Positions 20,049-29,325 of a stretch of 64,000 nt of DNA are shown here, in pieces. Made by a program: the position numbers and the translations under genes. The first letter of the stretch is position 1. Each line of letters begins with the position of its first letter. The notes under the pieces were generated by a model. It had not been told where the DNA came from. It did no database searches and saw nothing but the letters and a program-made list of their open reading frames with translations. The stretch comes from Barthelona sp. PAP020 (lineage: Eukaryota): assembly GCA_040182905.1 (NCBI GenBank), contig JARQWU010000021.1:1-64000 (forward strand), written 5' to 3'.

Positions 20049-23000
20049 ATGTTATTTAAACAAATAGAAAACTATACAATAATAAGTTGTATTGGTCAGG
20101 GTGCCTTTGGAAAAGTATTTGCAGGAATCCAACATGGAACTGGACAACAAGTGGCCATCAAGGTAATAAATCGATCAACTATTAGTCAACCAAATATATT
20201 ACAACATTTAGACACAGAAATTACCATTTTAAGATTGGCTTATCACAGAAATGTTGTGAAATTTTATGAAGTTTTTTCCGATGAGAAGTCCATATATATT
20301 GTCATTGAATATGTTAATGGAGGAGAACTCTCTCAAAAATTAACTCAATTTGTTGTATTTTCAGAAGAACTTGCCAGATTCTATTTTCAACAGCTAATTA
20401 CTGGGTTAGATTATTGTCACAATTTGAATATTTTTCATCGTGATTTAAAACCAGAGAATCTTTTGTTGACTTCTGATGGTATCTTAAAAATCAGTGATTT
20501 TGGTTTATCTGCTTTAACTTCTGTTTCTACTACTTTAAATCATTCTGTTGGTACACCCCATTTTGTTGCCCCTGAAGTTTTTATGAATCATGAATATGAT
20601 GGGAGGACTGCAGATATTTGGTCTTGTGGTGTTATTTTGTATTTAATGGTTACTGGACAGAGACCTTTTTCAAATCCAAATCCCACATTATTGTTCAAGT
20701 CGATTCGAGATGCAAAATATTCAGACCCTTCTGTTTCTACTCATTGTTTTGATTTGATCAAAAGAATACTTGTTGCAGATCCTACGAAACGTATTAGCTT
20801 ACAACAAATCAAGGCACATCCATGGTATAGCTCTTCTTCAATCTCTGAACCTTTGTCACTGCCTTCGTTACCTGGTTTTGAGTCTTTTCAATCGGATGGG
20901 GTTAGTGTTGACTTACATGATTATTTAACTTTGAAGGCGTTTAAAATTCGTGAATTGAATGCCTTTGATTTTATAAGTTTGCAGTTTGGATCTGAAATAA
21001 GAGAAAATATGAGCATTTTCACAAATACCAACAATTCACACGCTAAAGATTTTGATTTAAACATATTTAATGATGATACGAAAGAATTTGTTTCTTTACA
21101 ACCACTAGATGATTTGAAACCGTTACCAAACCCTAGCAATTATAGAATATATGCTACTTCCACTCCTAATGATACCGTTATCTTTATATTATCCATCATT
21201 AAAACCTTAAAAATATTGTATTCATTCGATCCCAAATGTAATGAGATAAGGATCTTTAGAAAGGCAAATGTTGGTTCTGTGTCGATAATATTCAAAATAG
21301 TATCCTTTTGTAACATTTTAACCGGTATTTTTGTGGAGAAACATCAGGGATCCAGTAAGGAATTTCGTGTATTTTTTGAAATATTTTTGAATTATTTCGT
21401 TGATGTTTTGAGAGAGACTGATAGTGATTCAAGGGTAATTCACACTAAATTCACCAGGGTATGTCCATTGAGATCAAAGGATTCATTTGATGTTCATCAA
21501 AAATCTGAAAATTCAGTAAAAAACAAGATTAATACCTTGTTAAACGTTAAAAAATTGAAAGCTTTTCATTCTTCAGATGGACAAGTTCAAAAAACATCCA
21601 ACAACACCCTTGATGGCGGTTTGTTCCGTTCAGCATTTGCAAATGTGTTTTGGCACTCCGAAAATAATATTGCCACAGCAACAGTTCAAGCATCGTATAA
21701 TAGTCCTCAAAAATTAGCTCCTTCTTCAAGAAGAGCATCAAAAGTTACAAATACCAGTTTTCTTGCAGAATCAGACCCAAATATGGAATCATTGGTTTTC
21801 GAAGCAATGGGTAATGGAGATCCCATTGAAACTATCATTGATACAACGAGTACTTCAGCGTTTGTTGATAGTCAAAGCGACAATAATGCCCCAGATCCCA
21901 TGTCTATTGGTGATATTGATTTGGCCGCAGCTGTGACTGATTCGTTGAATATTGGACAAAGAAAGGATGAAAATGATGATGAAGATTCTGATATGGAGTC
22001 AAACGAAAGTGCAAACACAATAGATAGTGAGTTTTCTTTGCTTGAATCTTCTGTTCATTCTCATTCAACCCATTTTTCATTTCATTCTGGAACTTGCACA
22101 TCTATTGTCAATATTAGTTCTGAAGATCTGTTAACAATGGGATCACAGTCAACAAGTTCAAGGACTACGCCTAAGCTAATCAACAGTGATTCCTCACATG
22201 AATTTAATCTTGTTTCAGAAGTCAATGATAGTTTACAGGGAAGTAATCTCAGTGCTAACATTAGTGATAAGCAATCTAGCACATTGGATGATTTTTCTGG
22301 AAAACTTCAGCAAAGTATCACTGATAGCAGTGTAACAATATCTTTTGGGTTGGGTGAACCTCTTCAAAATATCTCCTCGATTGATGAAAAAATTGGTAGA
22401 TTCAACAAGCGCAAACCAATTGAGGACCTTTATGGTTTGGGAGGAGATAGTATATCTCTGAACGTTGATAAGAAAGATATGTTTGGTCTTGGGGGCGAAA
22501 GTATTCCAACTGATGTGAATAAAGAAGACATGTATGGTTTGGGAGGAGATAGTATATCTCTGAACGTTGATAAGAAAGATATGTTTGGTCTTGGGGGCGA
22601 AAGTATTCCAATTGATGTGAATAAAGAAGACATGTATGGTTTGGGAGGAGATAGTATATCTCTGAACGTTGATAAGAAAGATATGTTTGGTCTAGGTGGA
22701 GAGCCTCTACCAGTGAATAGAAACCCATTTAAAAATATGGAAGTTGCGAATATGAAAGACCCTTTTGGATTTTCGTTTGAAACTGTTCAAAAGCGTCATT
22801 CCAACAGTAATCAGATGCCAAAATTTAGAAGACTCCATAGTGAATCATCGACGTCAAATAGTGTTCGAGATGAGCATTCTTTCAATGCTAAAACTAGAGT
22901 TGAGAAATCAATAAGCAGCAAGCACAACAGTTCGAACTCTGTTACATCCTCAGAACTAAATTCGGATCGTCATTTCGTTGGAAGCAGCATTTCCAATTCT

Positions 23001-23525
23001 TATTCCACAAATTCTTCAATTCTTCGACAACAGTTGGACGAAACTCTTTTTGATGTCAAAGAAATATCATCCACATCAAATGCAGAAGATATTTCTTCAA
23101 GTAGTATTTTGCCAGGTAAAGTTTTGAATGAACACAATAGTGGCGAATCTAGTGTTTTTGCAAATTCTGATGAGTCAATTCCCATATTGGGAGAACCAAT
23201 TTATCTTCAAACTGCTACTGTAAATTCTTTGCAAGCAGAAGAAGAAAACAAATTGGAAGCTTTCTTGAGAGGCATGAATATTGAAAACAATAAACACAAA
23301 CACCAAATTAATACATCATTCACAGATGATTTTGTCCAAAACGTTGCTTTAGAGACACCTAATTCAAATCAAATGTTGGATGATAGTCAAATGGCAAGAA
23401 TTAGAAGCTCCATTGTCACTGATGTCAAAGAAAAACTGAGAAGAGAAGAAGATAGATGGAATCTTCAAAAGAACGATTCAGATTCGGATGAAGATTATTA
23501 TACACGTGGTGTAATAATGCAGTAG
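20049..23525 (+). CDS. CAMK-group kinase with a NAF motif (CIPK/SnRK3-like) and a very long low-complexity tail
   Basis: Kinase motifs GQGAFGKV, VAIK, HRDLKPEN, DFG, GTPHFVAPE and DIWSCGV. LNAFDFIS after the kinase domain resembles the NAF/FISL motif. Confidence 0.88.
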   Translation: MLFKQIENYTIISCIGQGAFGKVFAGIQHGTGQQVAIKVINRSTISQPNILQHLDTEITILRLAYHRNVVKFYEVFSDEKSIYIVIEYVNGGELSQKLTQFVVFSEELARFYFQQLITGLDYCHNLNIFHRDLKPENLLLTSDGILKISDFGLSALTSVSTTLNHSVGTPHFVAPEVFMNHEYDGRTADIWSCGVILYLMVTGQRPFSNPNPTLLFKSIRDAKYSDPSVSTHCFDLIKRILVADPTKRISLQQIKAHPWYSSSSISEPLSLPSLPGFESFQSDGVSVDLHDYLTLKAFKIRELNAFDFISLQFGSEIRENMSIFTNTNNSHAKDFDLNIFNDDTKEFVSLQPLDDLKPLPNPSNYRIYATSTPNDTVIFILSIIKTLKILYSFDPKCNEIRIFRKANVGSVSIIFKIVSFCNILTGIFVEKHQGSSKEFRVFFEIFLNYFVDVLRETDSDSRVIHTKFTRVCPLRSKDSFDVHQKSENSVKNKINTLLNVKKLKAFHSSDGQVQKTSNNTLDGGLFRSAFANVFWHSENNIATATVQASYNSPQKLAPSSRRASKVTNTSFLAESDPNMESLVFEAMGNGDPIETIIDTTSTSAFVDSQSDNNAPDPMSIGDIDLAAAVTDSLNIGQRKDENDDEDSDMESNESANTIDSEFSLLESSVHSHSTHFSFHSGTCTSIVNISSEDLLTMGSQSTSSRTTPKLINSDSSHEFNLVSEVNDSLQGSNLSANISDKQSSTLDDFSGKLQQSITDSSVTISFGLGEPLQNISSIDEKIGRFNKRKPIEDLYGLGGDSISLNVDKKDMFGLGGESIPTDVNKEDMYGLGGDSISLNVDKKDMFGLGGESIPIDVNKEDMYGLGGDSISLNVDKKDMFGLGGEPLPVNRNPFKNMEVANMKDPFGFSFETVQKRHSNSNQMPKFRRLHSESSTSNSVRDEHSFNAKTRVEKSISSKHNSSNSVTSSELNSDRHFVGSSISNSYSTNSSILRQQLDETLFDVKEISSTSNAEDISSSSILPGKVLNEHNSGESSVFANSDESIPILGEPIYLQTATVNSLQAEEENKLEAFLRGMNIENNKHKHQINTSFTDDFVQNVALETPNSNQMLDDSQMARIRSSIVTDVKEKLRREEDRWNLQKNDSDSDEDYYTRGVIMQ
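22422..22700 (+). repeat. Intragenic tandem repeat: about 3 x 102 bp, each unit two related 51-bp halves
   Basis: TATGGTTTGGGAGGAGATAGT recurs at 22431, 22533 and 22635. It encodes (EDMYGLGGDSISLNVDK-KDMFGLGGESIPxDVNK)n. Confidence 0.95.
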
Positions 23526-23771
23526 TTATTTTGTTGGATATTTACATGTTTACACCTCGATTATAAATGTATTGAAAAATAAATGTGGTTTATTTTTTAC
23601 AGAGATTTGAATTTACTTCATTATCTGTCATTATTTCTATCAATTATTTGTTGGAAAAAAAAAATAATGAGAGTGATTGATTTGATGTTCTTGGAAATGA
23701 GTGGTGTTTTCTTTTTTTCAATATCAACTGTTGAATTTATCATTTTCAAAGTGGTTCTTTATTCATATTAG

Positions 23772-25754
23772 ATGTGTGGAATATTTGCATTATTATTATC
23801 CTCTGTAAGAATATCAAGACAAAGGTTCTATGAATCTCTTTTGGAGGGATTGAAACAATTAGAATATCGTGGATATGATTCTGCGGGAATTGGGATTGAT
23901 TCTGAAACGTACAGCGAAATAATGATTTTTAAAAAGGAAGGAAGGGTGAATGATCTATCTCAATTTGTCAATACGACATGTCCTGAGCCCAACTTATTAT
24001 TCGATTGTCAAACTGGCATTGCTCATACTCGTTGGGCGACCAATGGGCCTCCTAACGATGTTAATTCGCATCCTCATGTCAACGATGATTTTGGAGAGTT
24101 TGCTGTTGTCCACAATGGGATTATCACTAATGCTGTTGAGTTGAAGAACAAATTTTTGAATGAAGGTGTTGTTTTCAGAAGCGATACTGATACCGAATTG
24201 ATACCCGTTCTTTGCAAGCAGTCTTTCAAAAGATTGATCAAGGAGAACAAGGATGTTACTTTTGCTGAGGTTGTTCATGATGCCTTGAAGCATGTTGAGG
24301 GGGCCTTTGCTTTGATTGTAAAGTGCAGTTACTACCCCAATCAGTTGATTGCTTGCAGGCAAGAAAGTCCGTTGTTGATTGGAATTGATTTGCACAACAA
24401 AGAGGCAATCAATTTTGAAAATGATGTCATCAACGTCAACAGGGCGTTTGAGAATGATGACAAGTTTTGCATCAATGGCCCATTCAAGATTGTTTGTGCT
24501 TCTGATGCTTCAGCAATCGTTTCCCACACAAGAGATGTTGTTGTTTTGGAAGAAGGGGACATGTTGTCGATTGACATGGAAGGAATCACCTTTTACAATT
24601 TTTACACGGACAGAGGGTCTGCCACGCGCAGTTTTCACAAATTGGAGTTTCAGTTGGAACAAATAAAGAGAAACGGACACGAGCACTTTATGAAGAAGGA
24701 GATTTTTGAGCAGGGACAGACCATAAAGAACGTGATAAGGGGAAGGATTTTGGATGAGGACCCCGTTCTTTGTTTGGACGAATTCGCCAACGTCAAATTG
24801 AAGGAACAGGTCTTTTTAATTGGTTGTGGCACTTCATATCACGCTGGGCTGGCCGCGACATCAATTTTTAACACCCTTCTGCCTGTTAGATGTAGTGCAG
24901 TTCTTGCTTCCGATTTATTGGACAGAAGAATTCCTTTACAGCCTTCAACATGTATTTTTATTTCTCAATCTGGTGAGACTGCAGATACATTAAGATGCAT
25001 GGAATATTGCCGAGAAAGAGGTTGCAACATCCTTGGTGTTACCAACACTATGGGTTCATCTTTGACGCGTTTGGCTGATGCTTCGATCAACGTTCGTGCA
25101 GGTCCTGAAATCGGTGTTGCGTCCACCAAGGCCTACACGGCACAAATCGCAGCCTTGATATTGATGGCCTTGAATTTCTCAGACAATTCTGAAGTCATCA
25201 AGGAAAATTGTTCAGAGTTTGCAAACCTGTCTGCCAAAATCGATCATCTTATTGAAAAGGATCAAACGATCAAGAATATGCTCGAACAGTTGGGTATTGA
25301 TCCCGATTTTATCTATGTCTCTTCTGCAGACACAGCCACAGCGTTGGAAGGGGCTTTGAAGATAAAGGAAATTTCATACATTCAGAGTCTGGGATTGAAC
25401 TTGCACAAATATTTGAAATATTTCAAAAAGGCCGTTGAAATAGACCGCAATTGTCTCTCGTTCTTGATCTTGGATGACTCCGACTCCACGGAGATGCTGA
25501 ATGAAATCTATTCTTTGCTGCTAAGCACCTCTGTGAAGCAGAAAACAATTTTGTTATCATCAAGCCCAGGGGTTTTGGAGAAGTTCGAATCGCTTTCCAA
25601 TGTTTCTGTTTTGGAAATTCCAAAAACCACCACCTGTTTACAGTCAGTCTTGAATATCGTTCCTCTTCAGTTGATCGCATATTATGTCGCTGTATCTCAT
25701 GGCATCAATGTCGATTTCCCCAGAAATCTCGCCAAGTCAGTCACAGTTTTGTAA
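23772..25754 (+). CDS. GFPT: Glutamine:fructose-6-phosphate amidotransferase (GFAT/GlmS)
   Basis: N-terminal MCGIF, then LEYRGYDSAG, HTRWAT, VVHNGII, SDTDTE, CGTS, SQSGETADT, GPEIGVASTKAYT and a C-terminal PRNLAKSVTV. Confidence 0.95.
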   Translation: MCGIFALLLSSVRISRQRFYESLLEGLKQLEYRGYDSAGIGIDSETYSEIMIFKKEGRVNDLSQFVNTTCPEPNLLFDCQTGIAHTRWATNGPPNDVNSHPHVNDDFGEFAVVHNGIITNAVELKNKFLNEGVVFRSDTDTELIPVLCKQSFKRLIKENKDVTFAEVVHDALKHVEGAFALIVKCSYYPNQLIACRQESPLLIGIDLHNKEAINFENDVINVNRAFENDDKFCINGPFKIVCASDASAIVSHTRDVVVLEEGDMLSIDMEGITFYNFYTDRGSATRSFHKLEFQLEQIKRNGHEHFMKKEIFEQGQTIKNVIRGRILDEDPVLCLDEFANVKLKEQVFLIGCGTSYHAGLAATSIFNTLLPVRCSAVLASDLLDRRIPLQPSTCIFISQSGETADTLRCMEYCRERGCNILGVTNTMGSSLTRLADASINVRAGPEIGVASTKAYTAQIAALILMALNFSDNSEVIKENCSEFANLSAKIDHLIEKDQTIKNMLEQLGIDPDFIYVSSADTATALEGALKIKEISYIQSLGLNLHKYLKYFKKAVEIDRNCLSFLILDDSDSTEMLNEIYSLLLSTSVKQKTILLSSSPGVLEKFESLSNVSVLEIPKTTTCLQSVLNIVPLQLIAYYVAVSHGINVDFPRNLAKSVTVL

Positions 25755-26029
25755 ATAGAAAATTCACATACTTTATAAATCAGTTGCTTTTTCATTTCAG
25801 ACAAATCATGAACATGTTTGGAAAAAACAAAAATTGACATTTTCTCAAGTTAGAATCTACTCGATTGAATTTCAGATAGGTTTTTGTTTGGTGTTGGAGA
25901 GTTTGTGACGAAATCTGTTCTTTTGAAAAGAATGGTGAATAAGGGTCTAATATTGAAAAAACAAACAAAAACTATTTACAATATAAACTTGAAAATAAGT
26001 GATGAAATGATAATTTATTTCATCTGATA

Positions 26030-29000
26030 TTATTCCCAACCACCAGAATTATATACGGCAAGAGAACCTAATTCTAACATCAAATCACTTGGATTTTCAA
26101 TTGTTCCAAGACTGTAAGTGTTGATGAAGTAATTTTTTCTTAGAATTTCAAAATCTTCAAATTCTTGGATTAACCTTTCATGATCATCTTCAAAGGAAAA
26201 ATCCTGTTGTAACATTACATATTTATTCTGTTTTTCAATTTTCCCCAGTTCTTTTTTTTTTAATAAATCTTCCAGTTTACCAAATTCATAAACGTCAAAG
26301 AATTTTCTGTTTAAAACGTATGTATCTATTTGTTCTTGGTTAATATTACCTATACTTGAATAAAACATCGTTTCATCATCAAAATCAATGTATATTGGTT
26401 TAAACATTTTTGAAAATCGTGTGTCAAGGGAATTCATTACTCCAAAATCTTTACTTTGTATTGAACGACGATATTTATTAGGAACAACTGGAAGAGGCTT
26501 TGGATTCGAATTAAAACAATATATAAACCAGTCTAAGCAATATAAATCAAGAATAGAACTTAATTTTTGACAATTATGGGAAGAATAAGGAACTAAACCA
26601 GGAGTGCTAAATAGGGTTTTTTGTAAAACTTGATTAATTAAATGTAAATTGAAAGAATTGACTATCTTATGACACATTTCAGGAGAATTATTATGAAATA
26701 CGGAAAATATCTTACTTTCAGGATTCTCATACTTGAAAATGTCTTGTTTTTCGATTATTTTGATTGGTTGTTTATCTAAATAAGTATCATTGTGTAATTC
26801 AATCAACGTAGAAATATGACAACTAAATAAACCATTCAAATGAAATAAACTTGACCTAGCTACGTCATTTCTCAATACTTTGTATAAAATTTTATCAATA
26901 TTATATTCGTAACTTTTCAAAAGTTTGCTAAAACATTCATTCTTTAATAAAAAAAATAAATTTTGTTGTTTAACATCTAATTTAGGCAACATCTTCAAGA
27001 ACATTCTTAAATTGATGATGGATTGGCTTATTGAAGAGCTAGAATGCAAATTTTCAATAGTCAAAAAAACATTCACAAAATAATTGATAATCTCATCAAA
27101 ACTTTCATAAAAATGTTCTAACCCCATACGAATTTCTTCATAATTTCCTTCAAAACCCTTGAATTTGATATTTTTGATTTCAGTAAGTTCATCTTTTGTT
27201 AGATAACAAGTGAAATGATCATCAGGTGTTGGCTCTCTTGAAGTATTTCCAAATATACTGAAAAATCCATTTCTAATGTCCTGTACAATTGGTTTGGAAT
27301 GAACAATACCATAAGATCTAATGGGTTTCCCAAAACCCTCATAATATATCTTGTAGCTCTCTTTTCTCTTTTGATCAAAAGAATTCATATTTTTTCGTTC
27401 AACAGTTACTGGTAATTGAAATATATTAGGCAGTATGATGAAATCTTCAACGTTTTGAAAAGTTGAAACTTTTTCAATTCTATCATTGTTTTTGAAATAT
27501 TCATCCATGTTTTTAACTATCAAATCAATGTTATCAACCATTAAATCAACATTATCAACAATAGTATTCATACCTAACTTTACTTTAGAAGCAACACTTT
27601 CAACAAACTCATTTACACCAATATCATTTACATTTCTCTTAATATTTTCAATAAAGTCAACAGGAATCTTAAAGAATCTTTCTGAAAGTGACACAGGGAA
27701 TAATATAACATAATTGTTTAAATTAAGACAATTATTTTCGATTAATCTTATCTTATAAAAAATATTGAAACAAAATTCAATCTGTTGAATTGAAAAAAAA
27801 TTCTTCAAATGACGTAATGAACGTTCAAAGAATTTCAAAACAATTTGTGAAGCAGAAATGATCTTTTTCTCTAACAATAAATTGTAGCTCCAAAAAATAT
27901 GACCACATATGGTATTAGCTTCATAATAACTATCTTCAGGTATCTGTTTAGCGACTAAAAAGGTGTTGAAAAAATAAATTTCAAAAGACTCAATATTGAA
28001 CAAATCATTGTTGTATAAAGTTAAAAAGTTATTTTTACTCTTATTAGAAGAAGCAGAAGAAGAAGAAGAAGAAGAAGAAGAATTGGTCAATTCATTTAAA
28101 AAATTAAAATTTTCAACAAAACATTCGTCATGTGAAAAAGTATGCATTGAACATTCAATACGAATGCATTTAATATTATTGATCAATAAATATATATAGC
28201 TTCCAACAGCAAAAACCTCAATATTGCTAGCATCATCAAATTTCGTTTGATATAAATATTGTTCATCTTCTATAAACCATAATGATATTTCTTTCCTTTT
28301 TAAATGCAAACAATATGCAACAAAATCATAATCTCCATGTAAATTAATAACTTTTAAAACTTTAAACTCATAGTTATCAATTTTACTGATAAAATCATAT
28401 CCTATATTCATTTGATTTGAAAGTTTTAACTTTTCTTTGAAAAAACTATGAGGAAATACACCTTGAACCAAACTATAATTAGCATGGTTGTAAAATGAAT
28501 ACCATATTTCATCATCAACCAAAAAAATTCCAAAACTTAATAAAATATCCTCTTTCCATACAGAACTAAGCCAAATTGCATTTAAGTAACTTCCGTATGC
28601 TGTTTCAAACAGAGCAAAACTATTCCCATTCAAATAATTCTGTTTTAATGAAATATCATCCAAAGTATACAATATTATACCATTATGTTTTGTTAATTCA
28701 CAACGATAAGGATAGTCTTTGCTTAAATAAAAATTAAATTCAGTATTTCTTAAATTAATGAGTATTGTATGATACTCAACAGGAAATTTCATCTCTGTAA
28801 TTATTAATGAACAATAATCTTGATAAATACTAACATGAAATATATCAACAAACCCTTTAATTTTCAAAATCGCAGAAGAAGTATGTTCACTTCTGTCTTT
28901 TGAACAAATACTTTGAATTATTATAGTATATAAATTTTCATCCATAATTTGATAATCTAAATAATATAACTTATTATTACAAACATTTATAACTCGTTTA

Positions 29001-29122
29001 GATAATAATTCATCGGGTATATCATGAATAACTAATTTTTCATCAAGTTCAATTGTTTGAACTCTTTCATATGAACATCGAAAATCATTCTCTTTTTTTG
29101 ATAATTGTAATTGAAAGAACAT
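26030..29122 (-). CDS. Hypothetical 1030-aa protein, very AT-rich
   Basis: Long open frame. TGTAAAT lies downstream on the minus strand (25980-25974). No recognisable domain; the N-terminal third looks beta-rich. Confidence 0.7.
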   Translation of the reverse strand: MFFQLQLSKKENDFRCSYERVQTIELDEKLVIHDIPDELLSKRVINVCNNKLYYLDYQIMDENLYTIIIQSICSKDRSEHTSSAILKIKGFVDIFHVSIYQDYCSLIITEMKFPVEYHTILINLRNTEFNFYLSKDYPYRCELTKHNGIILYTLDDISLKQNYLNGNSFALFETAYGSYLNAIWLSSVWKEDILLSFGIFLVDDEIWYSFYNHANYSLVQGVFPHSFFKEKLKLSNQMNIGYDFISKIDNYEFKVLKVINLHGDYDFVAYCLHLKRKEISLWFIEDEQYLYQTKFDDASNIEVFAVGSYIYLLINNIKCIRIECSMHTFSHDECFVENFNFLNELTNSSSSSSSSSASSNKSKNNFLTLYNNDLFNIESFEIYFFNTFLVAKQIPEDSYYEANTICGHIFWSYNLLLEKKIISASQIVLKFFERSLRHLKNFFSIQQIEFCFNIFYKIRLIENNCLNLNNYVILFPVSLSERFFKIPVDFIENIKRNVNDIGVNEFVESVASKVKLGMNTIVDNVDLMVDNIDLIVKNMDEYFKNNDRIEKVSTFQNVEDFIILPNIFQLPVTVERKNMNSFDQKRKESYKIYYEGFGKPIRSYGIVHSKPIVQDIRNGFFSIFGNTSREPTPDDHFTCYLTKDELTEIKNIKFKGFEGNYEEIRMGLEHFYESFDEIINYFVNVFLTIENLHSSSSISQSIINLRMFLKMLPKLDVKQQNLFFLLKNECFSKLLKSYEYNIDKILYKVLRNDVARSSLFHLNGLFSCHISTLIELHNDTYLDKQPIKIIEKQDIFKYENPESKIFSVFHNNSPEMCHKIVNSFNLHLINQVLQKTLFSTPGLVPYSSHNCQKLSSILDLYCLDWFIYCFNSNPKPLPVVPNKYRRSIQSKDFGVMNSLDTRFSKMFKPIYIDFDDETMFYSSIGNINQEQIDTYVLNRKFFDVYEFGKLEDLLKKKELGKIEKQNKYVMLQQDFSFEDDHERLIQEFEDFEILRKNYFINTYSLGTIENPSDLMLELGSLAVYNSGGWE
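28047..28082. repeat. (GAA)n microsatellite encoding poly-Ser on the minus strand
   Basis: gaagaagcagaagaagaagaagaagaagaagaagaa. Confidence 0.9.
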
Positions 29123-29325
29123 TACATAAAAAAGTCAATTTTTTTGAAAAAAAATGATTGATTGTCCTCTAAATTTTTTATTTCTTTACATAAAATTGTT
29201 AATTAATTCTTATTTAAAATATGAAATTAATCTTTAAAAAAAAAAAAGCGGGTTATTTGAAAGTAATAATTCAAGGTCCAATTTTTAAATAAAGTCAAAC
29301 TTTGATTTTAAAGATTAATTCAACA

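Noticed and set aside
22422..22700. Regularly spaced repeats superficially like a CRISPR array
   Set aside because: The intervening sequences are themselves repeated, the period is a multiple of 3 inside an ORF, the context is eukaryotic, and there are no cas genes.
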